Assembly: GCF_038025025.1 (NCBI RefSeq)
Contig: NW_027117347.1
Span: 930,001 to 994,000 of the forward strand
Direction: 5' to 3'
Length of the DNA stretch: 64,000 nt
From: Phyllosticta citribraziliensis
Taxonomy: Eukaryota
Shown: piece after piece, positions 46,776-57,163 of the stretch
Position numbering within the stretch: the first letter of the stretch is position 1
Layout of the letters: each line of letters begins with the position of its first letter
Notes under the pieces: model-generated
Told to the model about the DNA's origin: nothing
What the model saw: only the letters and a program-made list of their open reading frames with translations
Databases searched by the model: none
Made by a program: the position numbers and the translations under genes

Positions 46776-49137
46776 TGTTGGGTCTTCTCCAGAGTCTGGT
46801 TCCTGCTGCTGGTCGAGTGCTTGCAATAGCCTTCGCCACTGCTTCCAAGTGCTTGAATTCCTTTTCTCCTTTGGATGCACCGCCCAACTTTTGATCTGGA
46901 TGGCTGACTATTCTCTGGTTCGCATCACATTGTCCCTGATTTTAGTGGCTTTGAAAATGCACAAGACTCTTCGACGCCATTTCAGCAAAGTGACGGTGGG
47001 AGACCTGGAGTAAAGCAATCTGAGACAGGTCATTGAGAGAGCCAGGGTCGAAGTACATGACGACGCGGGAGCCAGTAATCTAGCCACCCTCCCTCGAGCA
47101 TCATCGGGGAGTCGTGATATACGAATCTTCATTGCCATAATCATTTGCACCTTCTTTGCTGTCATGGTCGGTGTGCTCAGGTTGGTCGTGAAATTAGTGC
47201 ATAGCGTAGTCAGAAATTCTTCCGGTTTCCCCTTTGTAGTCCTCTAAATCGCCTATAAAGCGGAGCGAGTGAGAGTCTTTGCTACGTTCCGTGCCAAACT
47301 CGTGCCTGAGGAGCTGGCGCCGCAGCAAATGCCTCCACGACTACCACAGGGGGTGAACTTATTGGTCGAACTCGCCAGGAGTTGGTTCTTACACACGAAA
47401 GGAGTGAGAGATCTCTTTCTCTCGCGGTGAGCACAAGATACACACGAGCCATTCACTCACCTTTTTCCTGCGCATCACTCTGGACAGCACTCGCCGTACA
47501 CGAAGCACGCTGTCTCTCAACGTCCCTACCTTTTTGAACGCCTGAACAAGGATCACTTCATCTTTTGCAAGAGAGTGTGCCCCCTGACTAACCCCCCAGA
47601 CAGCCCCCAGCCCCCAGCCCCCTGGCACGTGCAGCACAGCAACGCGAGGACGCACAGGACACCGACGGTCTAGCTTGAGCACGGCACGGACGTGGAGCGA
47701 GCGCCACGCACGAGCAGCAAGAGGCAGGTACACGGGCCAAGCGAGCCGGGTGAAGCCGGAGCAGACAGGGGCGGACGTGCCCGCCTGCGCCACGCTTCGG
47801 CCGGGCTCGTGGGTTGTGGTGCCTGGGCGTCGGCGGGCAGCGGTGGAGGCTGCTGCACAACGGAACCGACTCTATCGGTTCGCCGGTGACGGCACGACGG
47901 ACCGGTGAGCGGAGAGGACAAGTTGCACACGGGGTGGGTGGTTTTGGGATGGGGGCGGAGGTGGGGAGCTGTGTCGACGGGAGGCGAATGGAAGCGGGCT
48001 TTTGTGGGGAGGACGGGTCGTGGTGATGAGAGGTGGTGGCGAGCGAGCGAGCGACGCACGCCTTGCGGCCAGACGACAGACGTATGCTGATGATGGTGTT
48101 GACGGCTGGGAGCAGGTAATAATGGCGACGTGATCATTGGTGGAGGGGCCAAGGAATATCTTGTTGGACGGCGAGGGACCCTGCGTGGCGATGAGCGGCG
48201 AGCGAGCGAGCTTCGTCCGGTCCAGCGGGTGGTCTTTTTTTCTTCGCTGTTTTTCCTGGTGATGTTGTCGATGTTAGGGCGCGAGGACGTGAGCTGAGCC
48301 TGACTCGCCCGCCTCGGGGCCCGCCGCCGCCGACTTCGGGTCTGATGTGCGGGTTGCAGCGGAAAGCCGAAGAGGCATGTTTGGGCTTGCGAAGCGCCAG
48401 GCCGAGTTGCAGCGATGAGATGGGGTTCTCTCGGCGGCAGTCGCAAAAGTGATTACAGATGCAGAGAATAATGAGTGGGCCAAGACGATAGGTCGAGAGA
48501 GACGGGCAAGTCTAGCGTGTAACGGCGACCTGGCCCGGCCGTCGAGCTCCGGATGGTATCCCCGACATGTCGAGTACGGATGCAGCCATCAGGCGAGCAA
48601 GCTGTCCTGGTACTTTTGTCGCCGAGTGAAATTGTCATGGGGAACGAGGGTCGATATTTTGGGTTTTATCTGCGTTGGTGCAGATGCTTTGTCGTCGAGT
48701 TGACACACGGCTGAGGGGTCGACGTCTCGGCTATCGACCAACCATGTGCAGGGTACCTTGGCAGCAGCAGACTACCAACGACGGTGGCAGAAGGCGCATT
48801 GCTTGGATGGTGGCTCAGCTGAAGATTGTAAATTATAGATGGTCATGCCATGAGCTGGTGTTTCATTGGTCAGCATTGGCAATGGCTGGGGGCGCTGCCA
48901 GCGATTGAAGTGGTGCGTAGTATTGAACGAAGAGACGATATTGAACGGCAAAGACAGGGTAATTGAATCGATACTGCATACAGATTGAGATGTTCAAGTC
49001 ATTGAGCAGCAGCTGAACCGGGAGTGGTGCATCTTGGCCGGAGGTTGCGCGTTGTGGTTGAGAGTGGACCCTGAGATGCAGGGAAATGGAGAACAAAGTG
49101 TGACCAAAAGCTGGGGAACATGGAGAAAGCTTGGCCG

Positions 49138-50107
49138 GATAAGAATGGTTTGCTTGTTTTCAGCTGCGCAGCATTTAGCTTGTGGTTGTGGCGCAGAGGT
49201 TGTCCAGGGAGGCGATAAGGTAGTTCCCGAGATAGCCAACCGGCTGGACGGGTCGCGAGGTAGGGTAGGGTAATGAACGGGGGAAGATGATGACGCAGGA
49301 GATGTTGTCACACGGCGGGCGGAGGAAGGTCTGAAGACGGAGGATCCGCGTGGGAGTGAGTTTCAGACGCGGACATGTTGGTGTTTGTATTTGTAGCTTA
49401 TCTGGGGCGGCGTGGTGGTGATTTCTTTCGGGGCCGGAGAGGCGGGAAAAGGGCACGGCACATGCAAGATGGCGCAAAGACCTGGAGGCACGAGTCGCAC
49501 AGCGAGCGCATGGCAAAGTCTGGTTGTCGGGCTCGCAAAACCGCATGCGGAGGATGGAAGTTGGGTGTTGTTTTGGGACACTCCACTGCAGTCGACCTGC
49601 CATGACGCTGATTGGCCCAGGCTTATCAGCGGGCTAGACCAGGATGGCGGGCGATCGGTGGCGGGGCTAGGCCGCAAGAGGCAAGGGGGCATGCGTGGGT
49701 TGCATAAGGCTATGAGCAACCGATTGCCGCCACAGATAAGCTCTCTCCTCTCACCTCTCACGCTGTCTCCTCCCGTGCCAAGCCCACCGCACTACCGCAC
49801 CGCGCTGCATGTCTCCCGCTGCAGCTGATGAAATGTCGTGTCTTGGACTCGGCGAGCGGGCAGCCATTGCCTCAGCGCTTCAGCTGCTTTTTGCGCGCAG
49901 ATAGGACAATGCGGCGTCGTCAGTGGCCCCGCCGTTCGCAGCATCGAGAATCGCCCCGATTGTCCAGCGCAGTGGGCAGCCGAGGGCAGGGGGCGGTTCC
50001 ACGCTTCGACGTCTCTTCCAAGAAACCAAACCCCACGAGGGCGAGGGCGAGGCGGCGGCACCGGCCTCGTTTAATTTGCCTCAAGGAGCCTGGCCAGCGA
50101 CGATAAG
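49138..50107. promoter_or_regulatory. Cluster of GATAAG sites (AreA/NIT2-type) upstream of the ammonium permease
   Basis: GATAAG or CTTATC at 49138, 49214, 49397, 49622, 49735 and 50102, plus AGATAG near 49230 and 49899. Confidence 0.6.
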
Positions 50108-50329
50108 CGTCGGCTCATGCTGGCTTGCCCTGACCCTCGCTCCGCTCTTGACCTTTTCTTGCCTGTTGCCCAACCCAAACATTAAAACCGCTCAGGCCCC
50201 GCACTCCCTGTACCTGTTTACCTCCAGTAGATCCACCTCCGTCTACCTTACCTCCATCCTCCACTCTCTCCAACCACCACTCACTCGCCTGTCCGACGCC
50301 TCTCCCTTCCGTTGCTCCTCCCGCCCACC

Positions 50330-52155
50330 ATGTCCTACGCCTGGGTCGGCGCCCCGGCCGTCTACAATGGCACTGATCCCTTGGGCGGCGATTCAAGTGA
50401 GTACTGCCATGTCTTTGCCCTTCCTTGACTTTTGGTCCATCACGTGAAAGTGACGCGCCTGACGCGAACCACGACACGCCAAACGGGAATTTCCACTGAC
50501 GGCCCCAGAATCCGAAAACTTGAACCAATGGTTCCAATCTGGCGACCAGGCCTTCATCATCGTGGCTGCCGCCATGGTCTTGATCATGGTCCCTGGTCTC
50601 GGCTTCCTCTACTCGGGTCTCGCAAGAAGAAAATCTGCCCTGTCCATGGTGTGGGCCTGCATGGCCTCGTGTTCCGTCATCACTTTCCAATGGTACTTCT
50701 GGGGCTACTCGCTGGCATTTAGCCAGTACGCAACAAATGGCTTCATTGGAGACCTGCAAAAGTTCGGTTTGATGAAGACTCTTGCCGAACCGAGTCCTGG
50801 CAGCCCCCTGATTCCGGATTTGCTCTACGCCTTTTACCAGGTTGGTCCCTTTGGTCAATCCATTACAGCAGCTTTCTAACTGATGCAGATGCAATTCTGC
50901 GCCGTCACCGCTGCCATTGTCGTTGGTGCCGTTGCCGAACGCGGTCGCCTCATCCCCTGCATGGTCTTCATCTTTGCCTGGGCCACCATCGTCTACTGCC
51001 CGATCGCATGCTGGGCCTGGAACGTCAACGGCTGGTTTTACAAATGGGGAGGTCTCGACTACGCTGGTGGTGGTCCCGTCGAAATCGGTTCCGGAATGTC
51101 TGCCCTCGCCTACTCCTGGGTCCTCGGCCGTCGTCAGGAGAAGATGATGCTCAACTTCCGCCCCCACAACGTCTCCCTCATTACGCTCGGCACCATCCTC
51201 CTGTGGTTCGGCTGGCTCGGCTTCAACGGTGGATCCGCTTTTGGCGCCAACTTGCGCGCCGTCATGGCCTGCTGGAACTCCAACTTGACCGCCATGTTTG
51301 CCGCCATCACTTGGGTTCTTCTTGACTGGAGGCTCGCTCGCAAGTGGTCCATGGTCGGCTGGTGCTCGGGCACCATTTCCGGCCTCGTTGCCGCCACTCC
51401 TGCCTCTGGTTTCATCCCTCCCTGGGCAAGTGTTATCCTCGGCATTGTGACGGGCATTGTCTGCAACTTTTCGACCAAGAGTAAGTCTCACTCCACGTCA
51501 CGCCACTTTTCGAATGCTAATCAAAACAGTCAAATTCTGGATCCGCATCGACGACGCCATGGATGTCTTTGCCGAGCACGGCGTCGCTGGCATGGTCGGT
51601 CTCCTCTTCAACGGCATTTTCGGAGCGTCCTACATCATCGGCCTCGACGGCGTCAACACCGGACTCTACCCTGGCGGCTGGATCGAGCACGAATGGATCC
51701 AACTGCCCAAGCAAATCGCCTACATCGCCGCCACGGCCGGATGGGCCTTTTTCATGTCGGCGCTGCTGGCCTTCATCATCAACAAGATCCCCGGGCTGCA
51801 CCTGCGCGCCTCGGAAGAGGCCGAGCTGCTCGGCATGGACGACGACCAGCTGGGCGAGTTTGCCTACGACTACGTCGAGGTGCGCCGCGACTACCTGGCG
51901 TGGACGCCGGCCAAGAACGAGCCCGTGTCCAACGGCCACCAGATCCCGCAGGGCGAGCGCCACGGCATCGCCCAGCACAGCCAGATGCTCGAGGGCAAGG
52001 ACCCCAGCGAGAGCAGCTCCTCGGCCGGCCACGAGCACACCATGATTGGCGGCGACCGCCACGCCATTGCCATAGACGAAAAGGCCGAGACGACGCACCC
52101 GCAGCACATTGCGCCGATTGCGCCGCCGCCGCAGTCGGCACCGCGCGAGGAATAG
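50330..52155 (+). CDS. Ammonium transporter, Amt/Mep family (MeaA/Mep1-type), 4 exons
   Basis: GGDS|..ENLNQWFQSGDQAF; MVPGLGFLYSGLARRKSALS; DYAGGGPVEIGSG; FRPHNV; WFGWLGFNGGS; IDDAMDVFAEHGVAG; EEAELLGMDDDQLGEFAYDY. Confidence 0.95.
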
Positions 52156-54002
52156 AGGGACCTGGCCACCAAAAGTCTTTGTTTCTTGATGGATCTTTAC
52201 GAATGCCTTTTTCTCCCTTTTGCTTTTGCGACGTTTTGGATTTGAGCGCGGATCTTTTTTGGCGTTGGATACCACCACCAGATGTTGGTCTGGCTGTCTT
52301 GTCTTGTCTTGTCTTTTCACGCACCCCCCACCTCCTTACATACCTTACTGCACATACAATTTTTTTCTCGACACATATTTACACGTCGTTTGTAATCGAA
52401 TTTGGATGGTCTGCTTCTCCAACAAATCCTCGTCCCTCGCCACACGTGCAGTTCTTCGTCGTTGGAGAGCAGACTGGATGAAAGCTGCCACGGCGTGACA
52501 TTTTCTTGGCTCCATTCCACCTGTCATCTCTGCTTGCGCGCCTCGCCTCGTCCGCTCACTTCCGCGGGAGACCATGCCGCACGCCTGCGCGCACGTACTG
52601 CAGCTTTGCAAGTAAACGCAGCACCCCCACGAACTCAGACAGACAAACGAGGCGAAAAGACGGCACGGGGCAAAAGCAATTTCTAGCCAATCACTTCCTC
52701 TCCTCTCGCCGTGAGCCAATGAGTGTGGCAGCTGTGGGTGAAACATGTCTGACCGGCTGCTGCTCGCCAGGCGGCGTGGACGCATCGCAGGGCAAGCTGA
52801 CGTGTTGGTGGTGGTTGTCTGTCTCGGTAGTTACCTTGGCTGTGCATTTGCGTCTCTTCTTTTCTTTTTCTTTTCTTCTCTAGTTCCACCCGCTGGCCCG
52901 GCCTTCCCCCACGTTGCCATGCCCACGTGCTCCCCCACATGGATCTCGTCCCACTCGTCTCATCCCGCGCGCGCGTGTTTAGGCGCCCTTCAGCCCTCTT
53001 TCCTCCCAAGACGTAGACAGTCGATGAGCAAGCATTACACACGTCTTCTCACGTCCAAATCTAATTCCTGCCTAGGCCTCCTGCTGTCTTTCTTTCTTGG
53101 ATCGCGTTGGTGCTCTCTGCTGTGTTGCCGGTGCTGTAGAGTCGATTCGCGCGTTACTATCACCACGTGGATCCTGATTCTGGCCGATACCAGCTTCCGG
53201 GAGTAAAGCAAAGCTCGTGGTGTTTCTGGGACTCGATTGCGAGGGAAGGGGGTTTTTGGAAGTAGTCCACGGTGTTGGATTTGGTACCCTGTTTACAGTC
53301 GGGGGCGCAATCATTCGGAAGCTCCCAGTTCCTCATGTTCAGTGCACAAGGTACCAGACGCACGTCAAGACTATTCGCGCGCCATCATGTTACCAACCAA
53401 ACCGGAACGCCGATCCACGTGCGTGCCGCCGCACTCAGTCGTGGCTCTTCTCGGCTGATACAAAGGCATCAGAGTTGACGACTCGCTTCCGATTGTACCG
53501 CCCTCAGCATCACTGGGCAGGACTATTTCGTGTGCAAGTCGGGAACCCGAGATACGGGATGCATGACGGCGGTGGAAAACATCTTCCCAGATGAAGATAA
53601 AGTCCACTACGACCTTTGGGAATGGTTCAACCAGGAGTTGACAGTATACTGGGATGTAAGACGGTCAATGGAGGTACTTCATACGTGTGGAAGTGCACTC
53701 AGGACGGGCTAGGACATGACGCTGATTTTGCTGGCTGCTGCGGTGTGTCTCAATGGCCCAGAAGCAGCTCAACCGTCCAATGAATAGGTATTTTGTCAAA
53801 AATAGCCAGCAGTTGTAAGGTCAGACGTCAAAATACACAGGGACGGGGACGAAGATCGCCGACGCGCCACCACACGCGCCCCGCTAGGCCCGGCTCGCGC
53901 TTCGTCGCGGCCGCCAAACCGCTTTGCTTTGCTCCTCCCAACACCACCTCGCACCATGTGAAAGGCCAGCAACCACCACCAGCGACGCACTCCTTGCCCG
54001 CA

Positions 54003-55238
54003 ATGGGCCCCGAAGCAATGCAGGCGCAGCCACCGACAGGAACTGCGCCGCCCAATGCGAGCTACAATGGCGCCTCCGCGGCCGCTGCGGGAGCCACCGA
54101 CGCATCGACGCCGACGGCCACGCCAAACCAGCGGCCGGCGACCATGGAGCCCAACGTCATCAACGTCGTGCTTGGAGATTTGTTGGTCAAGCCGTGGTAT
54201 CCTTCGTTCTACCCAGAGGAGCTGGTTGCTAGGCGTATCGAGCGGTTGTATGTGTGTCAATGGTGCTTCAAATACTCGAAGGAATTGATTCCATTTCTGG
54301 GACACACGGTAAGACCACCACCGCAGAGAATTTGAGCTGAAGCTAATACGTGCGCCAGAAAGTATGTCCCTTGAAAGAAGCGCCGCCGCCGGGCACCAAG
54401 ATCTACGCCAAAGACAGCTACTCGATCCACGAAGTCGACGGCGAGCAACACAAGGTGCGCAGCTACACGGCCAGCAGCAATGCGTCCCACCCAAACCACG
54501 CGCCAATCCACCCTAGCTGACACACGTTCGCTTACCCAGCTCTACTCGCAAAACCTGTCGCTCTTCGGCAAACTGTTCCTCGACACCAAGTCCGTCTTTT
54601 ACGACGTGACGACGTTTCTGTACTACCTGCTCACCAGCACCAACCCGACGACGGGCGCGCGCCAAGTGATCGGCTTCTTCAGCAAGGAAAAGATGAGCTG
54701 GGACAACAACAACCTGGCGTGCATCCTCGTGTTTCCGCCGTGGCAGCGCCAAGGCCTCGGCCAGATGCTCATGGGCATCAGCTACGAGCTGAGCAGACGC
54801 GAGGGCCGCATTGGAGGGCCCGAGAAGCGTGAGTTGGCAGCGCCACGCTCCTCCGAGATAAAGACTCCATGTGTCTCATGTTGCTAACCACGCGTTGTTG
54901 CAGCGTTGTCGGAGCTTGGCCGCCGCGGCTACACGGCGTACTGGAGCGCGACCATTGCGCGCGTCGTCCTCGCCGTGCCGGGAAACGGCACCCTCACGCT
55001 GCGCGACTTGAGCGACGCGACGTACATACTCGTCGAGGACATTGTCGCGACGCTCAAGAGCATGGCCGTGCTGGAGCATCGGCCGAGCAAAAAGGGCGCC
55101 GACGACGACGCCGTCTTGAACAAGGCCAAGTTGCGGCGATGGGCTCTCGAGCATGGCATCAGTCTCGTGCCGCCGGTCGATCCGGCGGCCTTTGTAGGAG
55201 AGGGAGAGAGCATGGAGGGCATTGTGGCGGCCGAGTAG
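54003..55238 (+). CDS. MYST histone acetyltransferase, Sas2-like, 4 exons
   Basis: VKPWYPSFYPEE, C2HC finger LYVCQWCFKY, YSQNLSLFGKLFLDTKSVFYDV, GFFSKEK, NNLACILVFPPWQRQGLG and GGPEKP|LSELG. Short protein without a chromodomain. Confidence 0.88.
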
Positions 55239-55729
55239 GCGAGTTGATATACCCGGATTGGGGAAGCATGTTGAAACGAGGTCATTGCTTTATTCGCACG
55301 TAGAGAGGTAGGTAGAAGGTTATAGGAGGGTTTGTTGTTTGTCTACTTTTGACTTTTCCGCGTCTCACAATGGCAAGCGTCCCCTATGTTGGAAGAGCTC
55401 AAGGAAAGCAGGTCTCAAGGTATCAAACAAGATTGTAATTCCACTGAATGCATGCCTTTCCCCGAAATCATCATCAACACCACCAGCCAGTCAGCCCACC
55501 TCAACCAACACAAGCAAGAGGCCCCACGCCAAAAGCCTCAGCATCCAGTAACCCACTTCCCAACCTCGTGTCCACGAGCAACAACAGATGGGTATCTCCA
55601 GCTCTCAAGACGCCAGCCAAAAACTCCTGACCTACTTCCACCCAAGGACGCTCTTCACACAGCAGCCATACATACCCCTTTTTCGAGAACCAGTGACTCC
55701 CAGAAACTCCGTCGGCCGCTTCGACGCCC

Positions 55730-57163
55730 TCACAGCTTCGCCTTCGCCGCTTCGTTCCGTCCACGATGGCCGCCGTCTTGGTCTCTCCCACGCGCAGCGG
55801 CAGCGGTGGTAGATGCATTGCCGCTGCGGCTCTGTCGAAGATTCGATGCAAGTATGCCGCCGCTGCTCCTGGCATCTGGTCCGTCTACACTGCGCTTCCG
55901 GCCGCGCGATTGTGCTTCATCGTCGCTGTCGTCGTCGTCTCTTGCTCGCGCGCGCTGCTGCTGCTGCTGCCTCGCTAGCGCGTGCTCTGCTGTCCGAGTC
56001 TGCACATCATGATCGACAATGGCCGCGACCACACCACTACCTTTTCCCGCATCTCCTTCTCCTTCGTCGCCATTGTCGCCGTCGCTGTCGCCGTCGCCGT
56101 CCAGACTCAGCTTCTCAATCGCGTCCGCATCCGCCGCTCCACCCGCTGCCCTCAGCGCACCACCCTGCGCGCCATCTCTATCCCGTTTCCCCTGTCCAGC
56201 GCTTCGGCCGCGTCCCTCGCCATCGCCATCGCCATCGCCATCGTTCACCGGCCGCAGCCGCGGCGCTGGGGGACATGTCGGCACTGGCGCTGACTTTGGC
56301 ATTGGCGCTTGCGCTTGCGTTTTCGTCTGCGCTTGCCTCTGCCTCTGCCTCTGCCTCTGCGTTTGCGCCGCAGCGCGCCGCGCCCCCGGCACATCCGGCG
56401 CCGCCTCGCCGTCGGCATACGGGTCGAAGCTGAGCGGACGCGCGACGCTGACGGTGAGCGACGCGGCGAGGTGGTCGGAGGCGTCGTGGTGGTCGTCCCA
56501 AGCGCGCATCGAGGCGTCGAGGTCGAAGATGTCGAGGTGTGGTGGGCTGCCATGGTGCTGCTGCTGGTGACGGGGTTGGTGGGGGTGGTTTTGGTGATGG
56601 TGTTGTTGGTGACGATGGCGCGCAGATGACGCGTCGGGATAGCGAGGAAAGGTTTGCGGGTAGGGGTAGGGGTACTCGAGGGGTGGGCCGGTGCAGTTGA
56701 CGCAGACGGAGGCCGAGGGCGCGCTGGTGTGCGTTGTTTTGTGCGCGGGCTTGTCGTTGGCGTTGTGGGGGGCGAGGATGTGACGGCCTCCACGACGACG
56801 ATGACGATCAGGGGGCGTTGTGGGCGAGGAGAAGGAGGAGGAGGGGGGCGTGCTTCCTGGCGACCGCGACCACCATGGCGATGATGGCGAGGATGTGGTG
56901 TTGCTGCTGGTCGCGCTGCTTGGTGTGCTGGTACAAGGGCTCGGTGTGCCAGTGGCCAACGGCAACGATCCTACGTGTGGAGGCTGCTGCTGTTGTCGCT
57001 GTCCCTGTTTATCGAGACTGGAGAGGGGGGAGGTTGCATGTCTACTCCTCTCACGCGTCGGCGTCACAGCAGCAACGATGAGCGGCTCAATGGCAGCCGG
57101 GCACAGCTCCAGATGCGCGTGGGCATGCGTGCAGGCGAAGTGGGTCGTGTGTGCGTGGCACAT
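55730..57163 (-). CDS. Low-complexity protein with N-terminal MC-x8-C-x-H-x7-C motif
   Basis: 477-aa ORF beginning aagATG with MCHAHTTHFACTHAHAHLELC, a later VCVNC, and S/H/Q/D/G-rich tracts. Confidence 0.6.
   Translation of the reverse strand: MCHAHTTHFACTHAHAHLELCPAAIEPLIVAAVTPTRERSRHATSPLSSLDKQGQRQQQQPPHVGSLPLATGTPSPCTSTPSSATSSNTTSSPSSPWWSRSPGSTPPSSSFSSPTTPPDRHRRRGGRHILAPHNANDKPAHKTTHTSAPSASVCVNCTGPPLEYPYPYPQTFPRYPDASSARHRHQQHHHQNHPHQPRHQQQHHGSPPHLDIFDLDASMRAWDDHHDASDHLAASLTVSVARPLSFDPYADGEAAPDVPGARRAAAQTQRQRQRQRQAQTKTQAQAPMPKSAPVPTCPPAPRLRPVNDGDGDGDGEGRGRSAGQGKRDRDGAQGGALRAAGGAADADAIEKLSLDGDGDSDGDNGDEGEGDAGKGSGVVAAIVDHDVQTRTAEHALARQQQQQRARARDDDDSDDEAQSRGRKRSVDGPDARSSGGILASNLRQSRSGNASTTAAAARGRDQDGGHRGRNEAAKAKL

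Noticed and set aside
45859..47013. 384-aa alternative-frame ORF over Gag-like B, considered as a frameshifted pol
   Set aside because: Arg/Ser-rich with no protease, integrase or RT motifs; copia pol is normally in frame with gag.
43009..47250. LTRs, primer-binding site or target-site duplication around the Gag-like genes
   Set aside because: No long direct repeats or TG...CA pair found by eye, so this was not called an intact element. A dot-plot is needed to be certain.
50115..51491. 458-aa antisense ORF over the ammonium transporter
   Set aside because: Shadow frame expected from GC-biased codon usage on the sense strand; it has no motifs of its own.
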